From contig JAANOX010000126.1 of the NCBI GenBank assembly GCA_020184695.1, positions 62,001-126,000 on the forward strand: 64,000 nt of DNA, read 5' to 3'. The position numbers and the translations under genes are program-made. The stretch comes from Histomonas meleagridis 2922-C6/04-290x. Taxonomy: Eukaryota; Protista; Parabasalia. The first letter of the stretch is position 1; the number at the start of each line of letters is the position of its first letter. The notes beneath the pieces were generated by a model. That model ran no database searches. It was not told the DNA's origin and worked only from the letters and a program-made list of their open reading frames with translations. Below are positions 11,775-22,865 of this stretch, piece by piece.

Positions 11775-12368
11775 TTATGCTAATCCAACTGCTTTCTTGT
11801 ATTTTACTTCTTCATCATGTGTAATACCATCAGCAGCCCACCAACCGCTATCTCCACGAACTTTGAATGATCGCTTCTTCTTTTCAAACATTGCTGATAA
11901 ATCGCATGTATTTTCGAAATTAGTGAATATCTTATCTGGGTCAATAGACTGTTGTTTTTGGAGTTCAACAAGAAGGTTAGCAGCACGTGCCCAATCTGGA
12001 ATTTCTTGACCACGGATTGTTTCAGCATCTTCAACATAATATTCATCACAATCACTTTCATCTTCACTATCATCTATTGGGTCAGAGATCCTATATTGAC
12101 GAGTATCTTCAGTTTCAACAATTGGTGATGGTTCTTCATTTTGTTGATAAGCTTGTTTTGCAAGATTAGTGTATTGTTGGCACACTTCACTGAAACGTGG
12201 TTGATTGGATTCAATAGGTGCTTGGATTGATGCAATCAAGTCATCAATTTGAGCTTCATATGAAGAATTAATATCTTGAGAAGATCCTGGTGCTGGATCA
12301 TTAAGAAGAGATTGCATCCAATTGAGATGTTGCTCTATATCATTTTCAATGCTTGAGCTGGAACACAT
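11775..12368 (-). CDS. INCENP-like IN-box (Aurora kinase-binding) protein
   Basis: IPDWAR...QQSIDPDKIF...CDLSAMF...KVRGDSGWW matches the IN-box pattern. Confidence 0.75.
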   Translation of the reverse strand: MCSSSSIENDIEQHLNWMQSLLNDPAPGSSQDINSSYEAQIDDLIASIQAPIESNQPRFSEVCQQYTNLAKQAYQQNEEPSPIVETEDTRQYRISDPIDDSEDESDCDEYYVEDAETIRGQEIPDWARAANLLVELQKQQSIDPDKIFTNFENTCDLSAMFEKKKRSFKVRGDSGWWAADGITHDEEVKYKKAVGLA

Positions 12369-12534
12369 TTACAAATGATATGTACGTTAATTATTTAATC
12401 ATTAAACGTACAGGTTCAATTTGTGAGGTTTACTTACTGTACATAATTTGACTTAATTATGATCGTTGTGTAAAAGGGGGTTAAAAACGTTTAAATCATC
12501 ATTACCAAAAAAAATCAAAATGATTCTCCATTGT

Positions 12535-13002
12535 TTAGAAGACTCTGAATTGTTTCTTGTCAGCACCAACTGCACATGGCTTAACAGAAATAACATTGAA
12601 GTGAACTGTCTTTGAAAGTGGACGGCATTCACCAATTTGAACGATATCACCTTCTTTAACGATGAAGCATGGGCTGCAGTGAGCTGGAATCTTTGTATGG
12701 CGCTTTTCAAAACGCTTATACTTACGGATGTATTGAAGGTAATCACGACGAACGATGACTGTTCTCTTCATCTTTGTAGAAACAACAACACCACGCATTA
12801 CACGACCACGGATTGAAACGTCGCTAGTGAATGGGCACTTATGATCGATATAAGTTCCTTCGATAGCAGCTTTTGGTGTTTGAATTCCGAGACCGATGTT
12901 CTTTGTATAGCGTGGCTTCTTATCAGCGCCGCGGTACTTCTTTGATGCAAGGCAAATTTGTTTTTGCTTTTGGAATGCGCGCTCTGTTTGGATATCAGAC
13001 AT
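12535..13002 (-). CDS. RPS11: 40S ribosomal protein S11 (uS17)
   Basis: [30 protein letters not shown] and [12 protein letters not shown] motifs. Confidence 0.97.
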   Translation of the reverse strand: MSDIQTERAFQKQKQICLASKKYRGADKKPRYTKNIGLGIQTPKAAIEGTYIDHKCPFTSDVSIRGRVMRGVVVSTKMKRTVIVRRDYLQYIRKYKRFEKRHTKIPAHCSPCFIVKEGDIVQIGECRPLSKTVHFNVISVKPCAVGADKKQFRVF

Positions 13003-13008
13003 CGCTTG

Positions 13009-13028
13009 AAAGGACGGACCAAACCGTT
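13009..13028 (-). promoter_or_regulatory. M3-like AACGGTT plus M5 CCTTT upstream of RPS11
   Basis: Minus strand reads AACGGTTTGGTCCGTCCTTTCAAGCGATG. Confidence 0.65.
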
Positions 13029-13139
13029 GCGCCCCGACATGTGATGTGAAAGCGCATCAAAATTAACGTTCTCACATCAACAAAGAAAAGTAATTTTTGA
13101 TGTATTAACTCAATTGTGGTTTACTAATGTTGTAATTAC

Positions 13140-14675
13140 TTAGAACATATTACCAAGTGCTTGGCCTTGACCTCTTGTTACCACATTTGCGCTTCCGTAA
13201 TCTCTACGTGGTCCACTATCACGAAGATTTAAATCAACAAGACCATCAAAATCATATGCGTTATTTTGTTGCTTTGGTTGTTGTTGTTGTCGCATATTTT
13301 GTTGCTGTTGTGGACGTTGTTGTGGAATGTTATTTAATGAAAGAAGATCATCTTGTTGATTATTGAAGTTTTGTTGATTATAATTTTGTTGCGGTTGGTT
13401 AAACATTGCAAACTGTTGTTGGGGCTGCATTTGTTGTTGCTGTGGTTGGGAGGAGAACATATCAAATGAATTCTGTTGCGACCTTTGTTGAGGTTGAGAA
13501 GAAAACATATCAAATGAATTCTGCTGAGATCTTTGTTGCTGCTGTTGGGACTGCGGTGCAAACATATCAAATGAATTCTGTTGTGACCTTTGTTGCGGCT
13601 GTTGCTGTGGTTGGGAGAACATATCAAATGAATTCTGTTGCGATCTTTGTTGGGGTTGTTGAGGTTGGGCGAACATATCAAATGAATTTTGCTGCGATCT
13701 TTGTTGCGGCTGAGAAGCGAACATATCGAATGAATTCTGTTGTGACCTTTGCTGTGGCTGTTGAGGCTGAGCAAATGGATCAAAAGTATTTTGTTGTTGC
13801 CTTTGTTGTGGTTGTTGGGCGAATATGTCGAAATTATTTTGTTGATGTTGAACTCTTTGTTGCTGCGGCTGCTGTTGCTGAGCAAATGGGTCAAAGGTAT
13901 TTTGCTGCTGCCTTTGTGGCTGTTGCTGTTGTTGTTGTGCAAATGGATCGAATGTATTCTGTTGTTGATTGGCAAACATTTCTGATGACTTTTGCCTTTG
14001 CACTGCCACTGGTGTTGGAATATCATCATCATCATATTCGTATTCATATTCACTATCGTCATCTTTAGATGTTGTTGTAGTTGAATTTGTATTTGTTTGA
14101 GGTTTATTTGCTTGTGTGTCTTGACCACCATAATGTCTTCCTTCATATAATGTATTAGAATATGAAGTACTTGCACCAAGTTGATCAATATTTGAACATG
14201 ATTCTAATGAACCTCTAATTCTTGCTGCCTTTTCGCGTTCTGACTTAAACAATTCGTCATCATTAAGAAGGGCGATGATATTTTCGGCCTTTTTTCTGAT
14301 GACTGCTTCAAGAGCAGCATCTTCACCAGTTTCATGACGATGTATATGAAGAAGGGTTTGAAGATATCCTGTTCTCATTTTAGTATCAGATCTAAATCTT
14401 TCGCTTCCGTTGATAATTAAATATTCCAATAAAATCATAGCCTTTTGAACCCTACGAATTTCATCATCACTAATCCTTTTCCACATGGCCTTGGAAATAG
14501 CCTCATAGTCACTTATTCCATTCGAAAGTTGTGCAATCCTGAAAAGCATTGTATTAGAAGCACCCCATTTATCGGATGAGGTAGCTTCTAAAACGAGCTT
14601 CTCTGCTTCACTCTTTTGAGTGATTGCATAGCCTGCTTTCCTTGTCTTCTTTTTGGTCCAATTCCAAGCTTTCAT
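13140..14675 (-). CDS. Epsin/EpsinR-like ENTH-domain protein with Gln-rich tail
   Basis: EATSSDKWGAS...KAMILLEYLIINGSE ENTH domain, plus DPF repeats and DLL-type clathrin-adaptor motifs. Confidence 0.88.
   Translation of the reverse strand: MKAWNWTKKKTRKAGYAITQKSEAEKLVLEATSSDKWGASNTMLFRIAQLSNGISDYEAISKAMWKRISDDEIRRVQKAMILLEYLIINGSERFRSDTKMRTGYLQTLLHIHRHETGEDAALEAVIRKKAENIIALLNDDELFKSEREKAARIRGSLESCSNIDQLGASTSYSNTLYEGRHYGGQDTQANKPQTNTNSTTTTSKDDDSEYEYEYDDDDIPTPVAVQRQKSSEMFANQQQNTFDPFAQQQQQQPQRQQQNTFDPFAQQQQPQQQRVQHQQNNFDIFAQQPQQRQQQNTFDPFAQPQQPQQRSQQNSFDMFASQPQQRSQQNSFDMFAQPQQPQQRSQQNSFDMFSQPQQQPQQRSQQNSFDMFAPQSQQQQQRSQQNSFDMFSSQPQQRSQQNSFDMFSSQPQQQQMQPQQQFAMFNQPQQNYNQQNFNNQQDDLLSLNNIPQQRPQQQQNMRQQQQPKQQNNAYDFDGLVDLNLRDSGPRRDYGSANVVTRGQGQALGNMF
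13440..13965 (-). repeat. Coding minisatellite encoding (QQRSQQNSFDMF / QQNTFDPF)n
   Basis: About 10 imperfect units; AACATATCAAATGAATT recurs on the + strand. Confidence 0.9.
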
Positions 14676-15018
14676 TGACTGGTGTAATCAGTCGTTTATA
14701 ATTGAATAAGTCCGACCAATTAAAGAATTGATTCAAATTTGAATGACTATCGTCTATCTAAAAATATTAAACGGGTTTTTCTTGAAGTAATATTGATTTA
14801 TATATAATTATTTTCTAATATTATAAAAAAGTAAATGTATTAAATATTTTTTGCATCTAATATGATGAAATAAATATCATAAAAAAGAATTTATCTGTTT
14901 TTATTTCATATCTCCATATTTAAATGAATTTGAATGATACACAATTCAAAAAGTAGTCACTTCACATCACAAAAAATAAATTTCAAAAATACATTTTTTA
15001 CATTTATTAACAATATTA

Positions 15019-18000
15019 TTACATTGGCGAATTTAACATATAAATCAATTTTTGAAATCTGTCCGTTATAAATTGCTCCTGAACCATCTTAAAAATTATT
15101 TGATAATTTGGATCATCATAATAAACCTTCAAAATCACTTTTAGCCTTTGCTTAGTCCTTAGCGTAATCATATCTGAACCGATGTTCGATGCTATTTGGT
15201 TAATTGCCACCATAAAATTATCTTCATTTTTGATCAATACTTCATTCTGATTCTCGAGCAGCGTTGCCATGAAAGAGAATATGTATTCTATTGTTGGGTT
15301 TTCTTCCCATATCGGCATAAAGTTGAACCATTTTTCTAATGCTTCATTTAAAATCGGCAAATTATTGACATACATATAATTTTGGATAAAGACAGTATAA
15401 GCAGCTAATCCTATGTCAGCTATAGATGTTAATTCTGGCGCATCTGATATTCGTTGATCACTTAATAATTGAATGTAAAACCGATAAAAGTCTGTCAAAA
15501 ACTCATCCCGAAGTGGCACTTTTTCTTTACAAATATCTATCAATTGAATTAACGCTTCTTCAGAAAAAGGGGAAACTTTTTGAATGGCTGTATCGGCTAA
15601 TAACTTGATAACGTTTTCAGAAATTAAAACGTTTTCTGGATTAACACCAACCGCCAAAACGTATGTTGTCATTAAATGGAAGCCGATAATTCTTGACGCA
15701 GGGTTTTCAATGAAATTTTGAATTAACGGGTAAACGGTTGTTAAGAAAATTTGAAATATTGTGTTTGGATACAACAGAACCATCGACCGAATTAAGTCAC
15801 AAATCTTTTGGGCGGTTTGGTCACAAAAAGAAATTCTTTTGTCAATGTCAATATCGTCTTCGGTTATTTCTTTTGAATATTTTTCGTACTGTTCAATATT
15901 CAATAGTTTATTTTTTAACGTCTTGTCTAACGTTGGCATAAACATATTAAAAACTTCGATGAATATTTCGTTATTAATCCAGTGAAAGTTATAAGCGTAC
16001 TTCAACAAATTCATACAATAATTGCATAAAATTCGAATGAATTGAACATCATCGATATATGTAATTAAATTAGTGAAAGATTTAAATCCGAATATCAACA
16101 ATTCATTGAATATGTCATACTCATCATTAAATATTTTCAACATTATCCCAAAGATATCCCACGAGCATCGAATTAATTTCACCGAAATATATTTAGACTC
16201 GATCCATTTCTTAGATATTTCCAATGCTTTCCCTAAATACGGACGAAATTCTTTCTTTAAGCACTTAGCTATTTCACATATTATTTCCATCTGATGTTGT
16301 ATTTCAATTATATTCGAATTCGCAGTGAACACTTTTGTTGATTGGTCTTCTTTAGATAGCAACCTGTAATACGATGATATCAAATAATCAGACGGATCAT
16401 CAAATCCACCTAAAATAGTTATCGGCAATTCTGATTCTGCTATTTTTAAGGCGTTTGGTAATAATAATTCAATGAATTCTTTCGAGTTGTTTCCGCCTAG
16501 CAAAAAAAACAATGATATAATACATTGGTGACATTTTCGTTCGAATTTCATATCGAAATATGTTTCTTTAATTGAAATTATGTAACGAAAAAACTCTTGT
16601 GCAAATGGAATACATTCTGTAGGAAATGTTTTTGTGATCAAATAATATGATATTGATGAAGTAATAAATGTATAAATTATTGATACTTTTAAAAATGGAT
16701 GTTCGGATATCGGATAATATTTACACACTATATCTTTAATGTCGTAAAACAATTCTGTGGATGATAAATCTAAAACATGTGCAAATCCTGCAATACATTC
16801 GAACAAATATATCTGTAGTTCAGGCGTTGTTTTGGATAACAATTCTTTAATACACGGATAGTATTCAGAATACTTATGAAATAAGTCAGATGAATTAATG
16901 GAAAAAAAGTCACTTAATGCTTTAGCTGAATATTTTTGGACTTCTGGGTGTGATTCTGATGTGAAGTTTAACAATATAGGCAATACTAAATGTTACGATA
17001 GATAACCGCTCGAATTCTGGGGTTTGTGACCGACGGTTGTAAAAACGATACGAGTTTTTGTGTGAATTGAATGATCAAACTGTTGCTCAGCACTGCTTGA
17101 ATCGCAGCCTTGTTTGCAGGGTCTAATGAAGTTATGTTGGGCACTATTGCTTGAATAGAAGCTGAATCTAGTAGTGTGAATGCATATAATACAGCGTATG
17201 CTTGTTGCCATGTATAATTGTTCGGATCTTGTCGGAAAATTAGATCTTGATATTGATTTAAAAAGATAAAATATTGATCACAACCAGTCTTAAGACAGAT
17301 GCTGTGGAATATTACAGCGGCACATGCAGGAGGTGAAACGTCATTAACATCAAACTCGAAGGGAGATGTGTCATCAATCTCAGAAATAACCGTAATAAGG
17401 CATTGAAAAACTTGCTGGTAAAATGGGGTGTTCATGCACATGTGTGGATCACCTTGTGCTAAGGAACCTAAAATAAAAATGGCGAGATTGCGGAATGAGC
17501 ATTCTCGGTTAAGTGCTATGCTACAAAGAAATTGAGTGAAATCTGTGATTATATCTTGAAACATATTCGCATGCTTCTCCGAAAAAGTATCAATGGCTGA
17601 AAGAAGTGAATGAAGTTGATCTTGTGGAAATTTAGAGAGAAGTTGTGGAAATATTTGTAAAAAAAAATTGGTATCACCGGTAAGACCAGCAACAATAAAG
17701 AAAAGTTGTGCACGTGGTACAATAGAAGAGTTATAGAGAAGAGTTTTCAGAATTAATGACATTAAAAACTCAGCTGAAAATCCATAGAAACATTGACCAT
17801 CAAGAAGAATTTCTCTGACAGCAAGAAGAACAAATGTCTCAAATTCTTTCCTTTTCCCGAGTTCTACAATATATTGTTGAACAATTGTCGATTCATTATA
17901 TTTGTATGTATAAACAGCTAAAGCAGAAAGAGTGCATACAACTAAAGTTTTAACCGTATCTGGCATAGATTCGTTGAGGATAACATTTGGTACTATTTGT

Positions 18001-18260
18001 GAAAAGATTTCCCAAAATTTTGGTACTGCATTTATCTCAAGTAAATGTCTATCCTTAACACTTTGAAAGAGAAATGTGGCTCCTATTTCTTTAGCACGAC
18101 GTGCGTCAGGAGGTGTATTTACAATTAGCTGTAAAGATAAAGAAATAAATTCTAAAGGTTGTGTATTCATAAAATTGATTATTTGCGTTTCACATTCTTC
18201 CCGTTTAGGTCCTGGTATCAGTGCATTATTTGATAATTCATAAAATGCTTGAAGCTCCAT
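15019..18260 (-). pseudogene. Importin-5/Kap121-like HEAT-repeat gene split by a stop plus frameshift at ~16984-16996
   Basis: 424-aa and 654-aa ORFs abut 2 nt apart in different frames. Together they give importin-beta-family length and HEAT character. The second ORF begins at TTG with no ATG. Confidence 0.65.
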
Positions 18261-18643
18261 ATTTCTCTATTTCTATTAATTTATTTGTATATTCACTTTT
18301 TGAATGAATATAAATTGTATGTATAACGATCAAATTTCAATTAAAACAAATTGAGCTAAACGGGCAGAATACACTTTTTTTCTGATCAATAATAGCTTTG
18401 AATGCAAAATGATCGTCAATTTAACTTTTTGAATCAACGATAAATGCGGTTTGAGAATGTTAAATTTGCCCAACACAATAAATCATTACTCGCATTATTT
18501 ATTGAAAACATAAAATATTGATCGATTAGTCATATGAACAATAGTCGACTATTGTTATGATGACAATCATATTAAATAGAAAATTATAAAAATAATATAA
18601 AAAAAATTTTTGTTTGCTTTGCAAAAAGTTTTTCACTTGGATA

Positions 18644-19781
18644 ATGGGAGGTAATCAAAGTGACACTTACACCAAAACTAACGAAAATATTCAAATATTA
18701 CTAAATTTAGAGAAAATTATTTATGAGTTGTTAACAACATGAAGAAAATATCAACGAAACAGTTGAACATACATTAAACTTCTTCAGCAAAAAATACCCA
18801 TATTCATTTTTTATGCGCAAAGGTAATTATTACTTATGTTTCGAGTATATGAAGAAAATTGGCCGACCAATACTTTTCGGAAAACATTGATTTTCTTCAA
18901 AAGAATGATTGGGAACTTCATAAACAATTAATTAAAGAAGGACATAATCCAATCAAAATTACAAAAATAATTCGAAATGACGAAATAGAAAAACTTCAAA
19001 AAATATCATCAAAACCAAAATTTAATTTTAACCAAACAATCGAACCATCACTTTATGAAAGATGTTCATTTATTAATCAAAGGAATGTTTCATTAATTGA
19101 TTATGCAGCATTTTTTGGATCAATTAAATGTTTTAAATATTTACTTGTGAATGGTTCAAATATTAAAATAAAGGCAAATATGCAATTGCAGTTGGAAATG
19201 AAGAAATTATTCATTTATGTGAACAAAATCATTCATCATTTGAAGATGCATATGAAATAGCAATTGAATTTCATCAAAATGATATTTTTCATTATCTTTA
19301 TGAAAATAAAATTAATAAAATCAAAAAATTTGATGAGTTAGGGATTAATTGCATTGAATATCATAACTTTGAAATTCTATCATTTTTATTAAATGAGAGA
19401 ATGAACTTCAGTTAATCACTTATCAATGAATCAGTCAAAACAGGAAACATGTTTCTTACCTAATATTTTCTTCAAAATAATATTTTCCCAATAAAAGAAT
19501 TAAATATTTATAACCTTACAGAATTTTATTGGAATAAAGAGCTTTTTAAATATCTTATTAAGTATCGATATATTGCTTGTGATAACAAAACACTTATATG
19601 GGCAATTAAAAAAGGTTATATAAGATTAGCTAAATTACTTATCGAACAAGCAGGAATTAATGTTAATGCTAAAAATATTTTTTTGTTTTATTTGATGTTG
19701 ATTTTATTAATTTAATATTCATAAACAACATTTGGAAATTGCTTAAATTATTTGAAACAATACTTATGTATGCATCTTATG
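18644..19781 (+). pseudogene. Decayed DUF3447-type ankyrin-repeat gene
   Basis: Inr-like TCACT before ATG 18644. SLIDYAAFFGSIKCFKYLL continues as GKYAIAVGNEEIIHLCEQ after a frameshift (~19172). Further stops and shifts occur, and there is one insert at 19680. Confidence 0.75.
19680..19747 (+). other. Ankyrin-interrupting insert E1 (68 nt, non-GT-AG)
   Basis: Separates INVNAKNI from LFETILMYAS. ATTTGG with GG at 19734-35, Thr codon at 19757. Exact junctions can slide a few nt. Confidence 0.75.
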
Positions 19782-20141
19782 ACTCTTTTTAAAATTATGT
19801 GAATCGATTACGTAAAACATTTTATCTTTATTATTTAACAAATTCTAAATCTGTACAATATAAGTTTTAATATTTGTTTAAATATGATGTCAAATTAAAT
19901 TTATTTTTTTGTAGAATCAAAAAATCGATAGAAATTTATCATTTATTTTGTGTTTTAACAAACCCCTAAATTTTCATTTATAACATTAAATTGCTTTATT
20001 TAAAATAACTTTTAATATATACAGTTTTACACTGCTCATATAAATTTAGATCGTTACATTAAATTTGATTGTTTCAGTAAAACATTTATAATAACAATAA
20101 AAAAAAATTATTATTTAATCACATGTTTACTTAAAAAAATT

Positions 20142-20957
20142 TTATGTATTTGTTTGGAATGTGAAAGTTGATGATGATTCATCACTTGGCGAATAATCAA
20201 TTGTGAGTAAAGTCTTAAATAAAGATTCCCATTCCGGCTTTGGAATATCTAAGTTTCGCGTTAGTTTGCACTGTTTCATTTCCTCCAATGGCTTCAGTTG
20301 CAATGGAGTTGTTAATGTGCTTTGGCAGAAAAATTGGTTACACACGTCGCCGATTGTGGAATTGAACTCATCAGCAGACATAAAGTTCCCGCTTTTGTCG
20401 AACGATGTCATAGAACCAAAAACAATTTCATAATCTTTCAAAAAAATTTCGATAACATGAAATGGTAAAAGCCACATTCTGTCATTAGGCTTTGAGATTA
20501 ATATTGGTGAGAGAACAATGGAGAGAGCTTTGGTGTCCATAAGATTAGTCTTATGCCGAGTTACAAGAACAAAAAATCCAATGATCCGTGCTAAAACTGC
20601 TTTGTTGATAAGCGGAAGTGCTAAAAATAATTTTTGAGCTTCTTCTGGTGTGCTAACTTTCGACCATGAATCTGCATATTTATCAATCATTAAATGATTG
20701 GGTATAAGTCGAATGAAACGAGTAATTAAATTTGCAACAACAAATGGAGTAGTGTCAGGAGGATAAACAATATCACCTGTAGCATCAATAATTGATTGAA
20801 ATTTATTGATTTCAATATCTAATCCAGAAACTCTAAAAATACCTTTGGTGTCAAGCCCTTTATCAATCAAAAAACGGAATGAAGTTTCTAAAAATGGTGG
20901 AATAGCTTTAGAATTTGTAACAGCAAGTTCTACAAGAGGTTGCACAAATACTACCAT
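20142..20957 (-). CDS. RhoGAP domain protein
   Basis: IPPFLE...GLDTKGIFRVSG with the arginine finger intact; TNLMDTKALSIVLSPIL motif. Confidence 0.9.
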   Translation of the reverse strand: MVVFVQPLVELAVTNSKAIPPFLETSFRFLIDKGLDTKGIFRVSGLDIEINKFQSIIDATGDIVYPPDTTPFVVANLITRFIRLIPNHLMIDKYADSWSKVSTPEEAQKLFLALPLINKAVLARIIGFFVLVTRHKTNLMDTKALSIVLSPILISKPNDRMWLLPFHVIEIFLKDYEIVFGSMTSFDKSGNFMSADEFNSTIGDVCNQFFCQSTLTTPLQLKPLEEMKQCKLTRNLDIPKPEWESLFKTLLTIDYSPSDESSSTFTFQTNT

Positions 20958-21049
20958 CGCCTGCTAATTTTTAGAAGTTTACATTTTTCATCCACTTATT
21001 TTATTTTGATTGATATATTTTACCTTCATATTAGATTTAAAAATCGAAA

Positions 21050-21130
21050 GACGACTTGGCCGAGTGGTTAAGGCGAGGGATTGCTAATCCCTTGTGCTTG
21101 CACGCGTGGGTTCGAATCCCATGGTCGTCG
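21050..21130 (+). tRNA. tRNA-Ser (anticodon GCT)
   Basis: Acceptor stem GACGACT/GGTCGTC, anticodon arm AGGGA-TTGCTAA-TCCCT, long variable arm, GGTTCGAATCC T arm, followed by TTTTTT. Confidence 0.97.
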
Positions 21131-21350
21131 CTTTTTTATTTTTTTCAAATTGCTTTCATAGTGCACTTTTTTACACATCTGCTTTGGCATCAAATAAGTT
21201 TTCTTTATTCTTCATATGGTTTTTCTGTGTCTAATTATAAGTGAACACATAAAGTGCAAATATTTTTCACAAGAAAGATATCTTTATACATATTTATTTA
21301 TTAAATATATTATTTTCAATACATTATATAACACACGCTTGACAAAAACA

Positions 21351-22181
21351 CTACTTTCCTCTTTCTCTCAAAGTGTTTTGTTTTTGAATATGCAATGAAC
21401 TTTTGAGATTATCTAGCTCAATTTGATATTGGTGAAATTGTCTCTTTTTCATTTCATATGCTGTATTTGATGTTCGTTCAAAAAGTAATATTTTTCTGCG
21501 GAGTTCATTTTCTTCATCTGTATGTGAGAAATTATCATGAGACAATGATAAGTTATTTTGTTCAGATTTGAGCTCCCTAAGTTTGCTTACTAGCAAATTA
21601 AGTTTTTCTGACAATTTCGTGATACTTTCACCTTTTTTTAGAATTCCAATATCCACTAAAGATTGTATATTAAGAGTTTCTTTGGATTGACTGGGGTTAA
21701 AATAACTAGACTGCTGCTCTAATGTTTCAATTTGCTTTTCCAAAAAGTCAATTGTTGGAAGTTCGCTTAATTCAAGGATCAATCGATCTTTTTCATCAGT
21801 AAGCTCTTGTTTTATATCTTCCAAATGTTTTATTGAAGCATCTCCTTGTACTTGTAATTTTGAAATGGTTTGATTTAATTCGTTTTCTTTTTCCTGGAAT
21901 TGTTTTTTAGTTTGTATAACGGCTTCAAGTTTCGATTTTAAATCATATCTTTTAGATAGAAGGTCTGGAAATGAGTTTTCATCAGATATTTCTGAAGATG
22001 AAAAAAGGAAACTTGATGAACTCATATCAAAAACCGTTGTATCGTTGATGATTTCGCTCAGAAAAATTAAATTACTCTGTTTATAATTTGTGTTGCAACA
22101 TTTGATTCCATGCAATCTCATATACCACTGGGAAATAGTCACTACAATAAAAGCCTCAATAAGTACAACAGAAGCAAACAT
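21351..22181 (-). CDS. Hypothetical coiled-coil protein
   Basis: 276-aa ORF with heptad-rich E/K/Q/L composition; true start uncertain. Confidence 0.6.
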   Translation of the reverse strand: MFASVVLIEAFIVVTISQWYMRLHGIKCCNTNYKQSNLIFLSEIINDTTVFDMSSSSFLFSSSEISDENSFPDLLSKRYDLKSKLEAVIQTKKQFQEKENELNQTISKLQVQGDASIKHLEDIKQELTDEKDRLILELSELPTIDFLEKQIETLEQQSSYFNPSQSKETLNIQSLVDIGILKKGESITKLSEKLNLLVSKLRELKSEQNNLSLSHDNFSHTDEENELRRKILLFERTSNTAYEMKKRQFHQYQIELDNLKSSLHIQKQNTLRERGK

Positions 22182-22865
22182 AGATCTCGCGATCAGTTCA
22201 TTTGTAAATTAATCGGATGCTGTTTTTGATGTTTAATTTATTTATTTTATTTTTTTTTTTTTTTTGAAAGTTTGAGTAATAAATTTATTCAATAAATATC
22301 TTAAAATTTTATTTTTTTTCTGTATTTTTTGTTTAAAATTTAAAATAATCAAATTAAATCTGATTATAAAGATTTAAACCGAAGTCACAGGCACTTCAGT
22401 AAAAAGCCATCGCTAATTGGTTCAGTGTTCCCATTGAAATATATACAGTTTTGGTTAGTATTTTTTCTTTTCTTTCTAAAAGTATTTTTCCAATTTCTGG
22501 CTTAATATTTTTGACTTCAGTTTGAAGTGATCTTTCTTTGTATTTATTTTTTCTTTATTTCATCTTCATTTTGATAATATTTTTTTAAAAAAAGAATTTT
22601 CATTAATATCAATTTCTTTTTGATATAAAAGTAATTTTACTATTACTATATTTAATATTTTACGATTAATGTAACATCTTTCATAATTTCCACAAAATCA
22701 TTTTTAATCCTTCTTGAAACTAAACATCTTTCCTAAACAAATGAGTAAGTCTTCTTTAGTTTTTTATTTAATAGAATTAAAATCAGCAAAATGACATTTT
22801 GATATTTTATTTTAAGTGAACAAAAAAACATATAACAAAACAATTTTTTACACATTTAAAACAGC

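Noticed and set aside
13440-13965. CRISPR-like repeat array
   Set aside because: The repeats are in-frame coding units of a eukaryotic epsin, with no unique spacers and no cas genes.
13157-14188. Long alternative/antisense ORFs over the epsin repeat (284, 220 aa) and over the KKEEE repeat (47205-47552)
   Set aside because: By-products of low-complexity coding repeats.
16986-16996. 11-nt GTAACATTTAG micro-intron that would fuse the importin halves
   Set aside because: Shorter than any spliceosomal intron I know (~15 nt minimum), and the fused HEAT would still lack a helix.
16992-17007. Importin break as another GG-type insert
   Set aside because: The spacing is off, it is not in an ankyrin, and sequence appears missing rather than added.
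22390-22560. Ankyrin-like remnant on the minus strand (SLQTEVKNIKPEIGKILLERKE)
   Set aside because: Too degenerate, no start codon, and no GG motif at the diagnostic distance.
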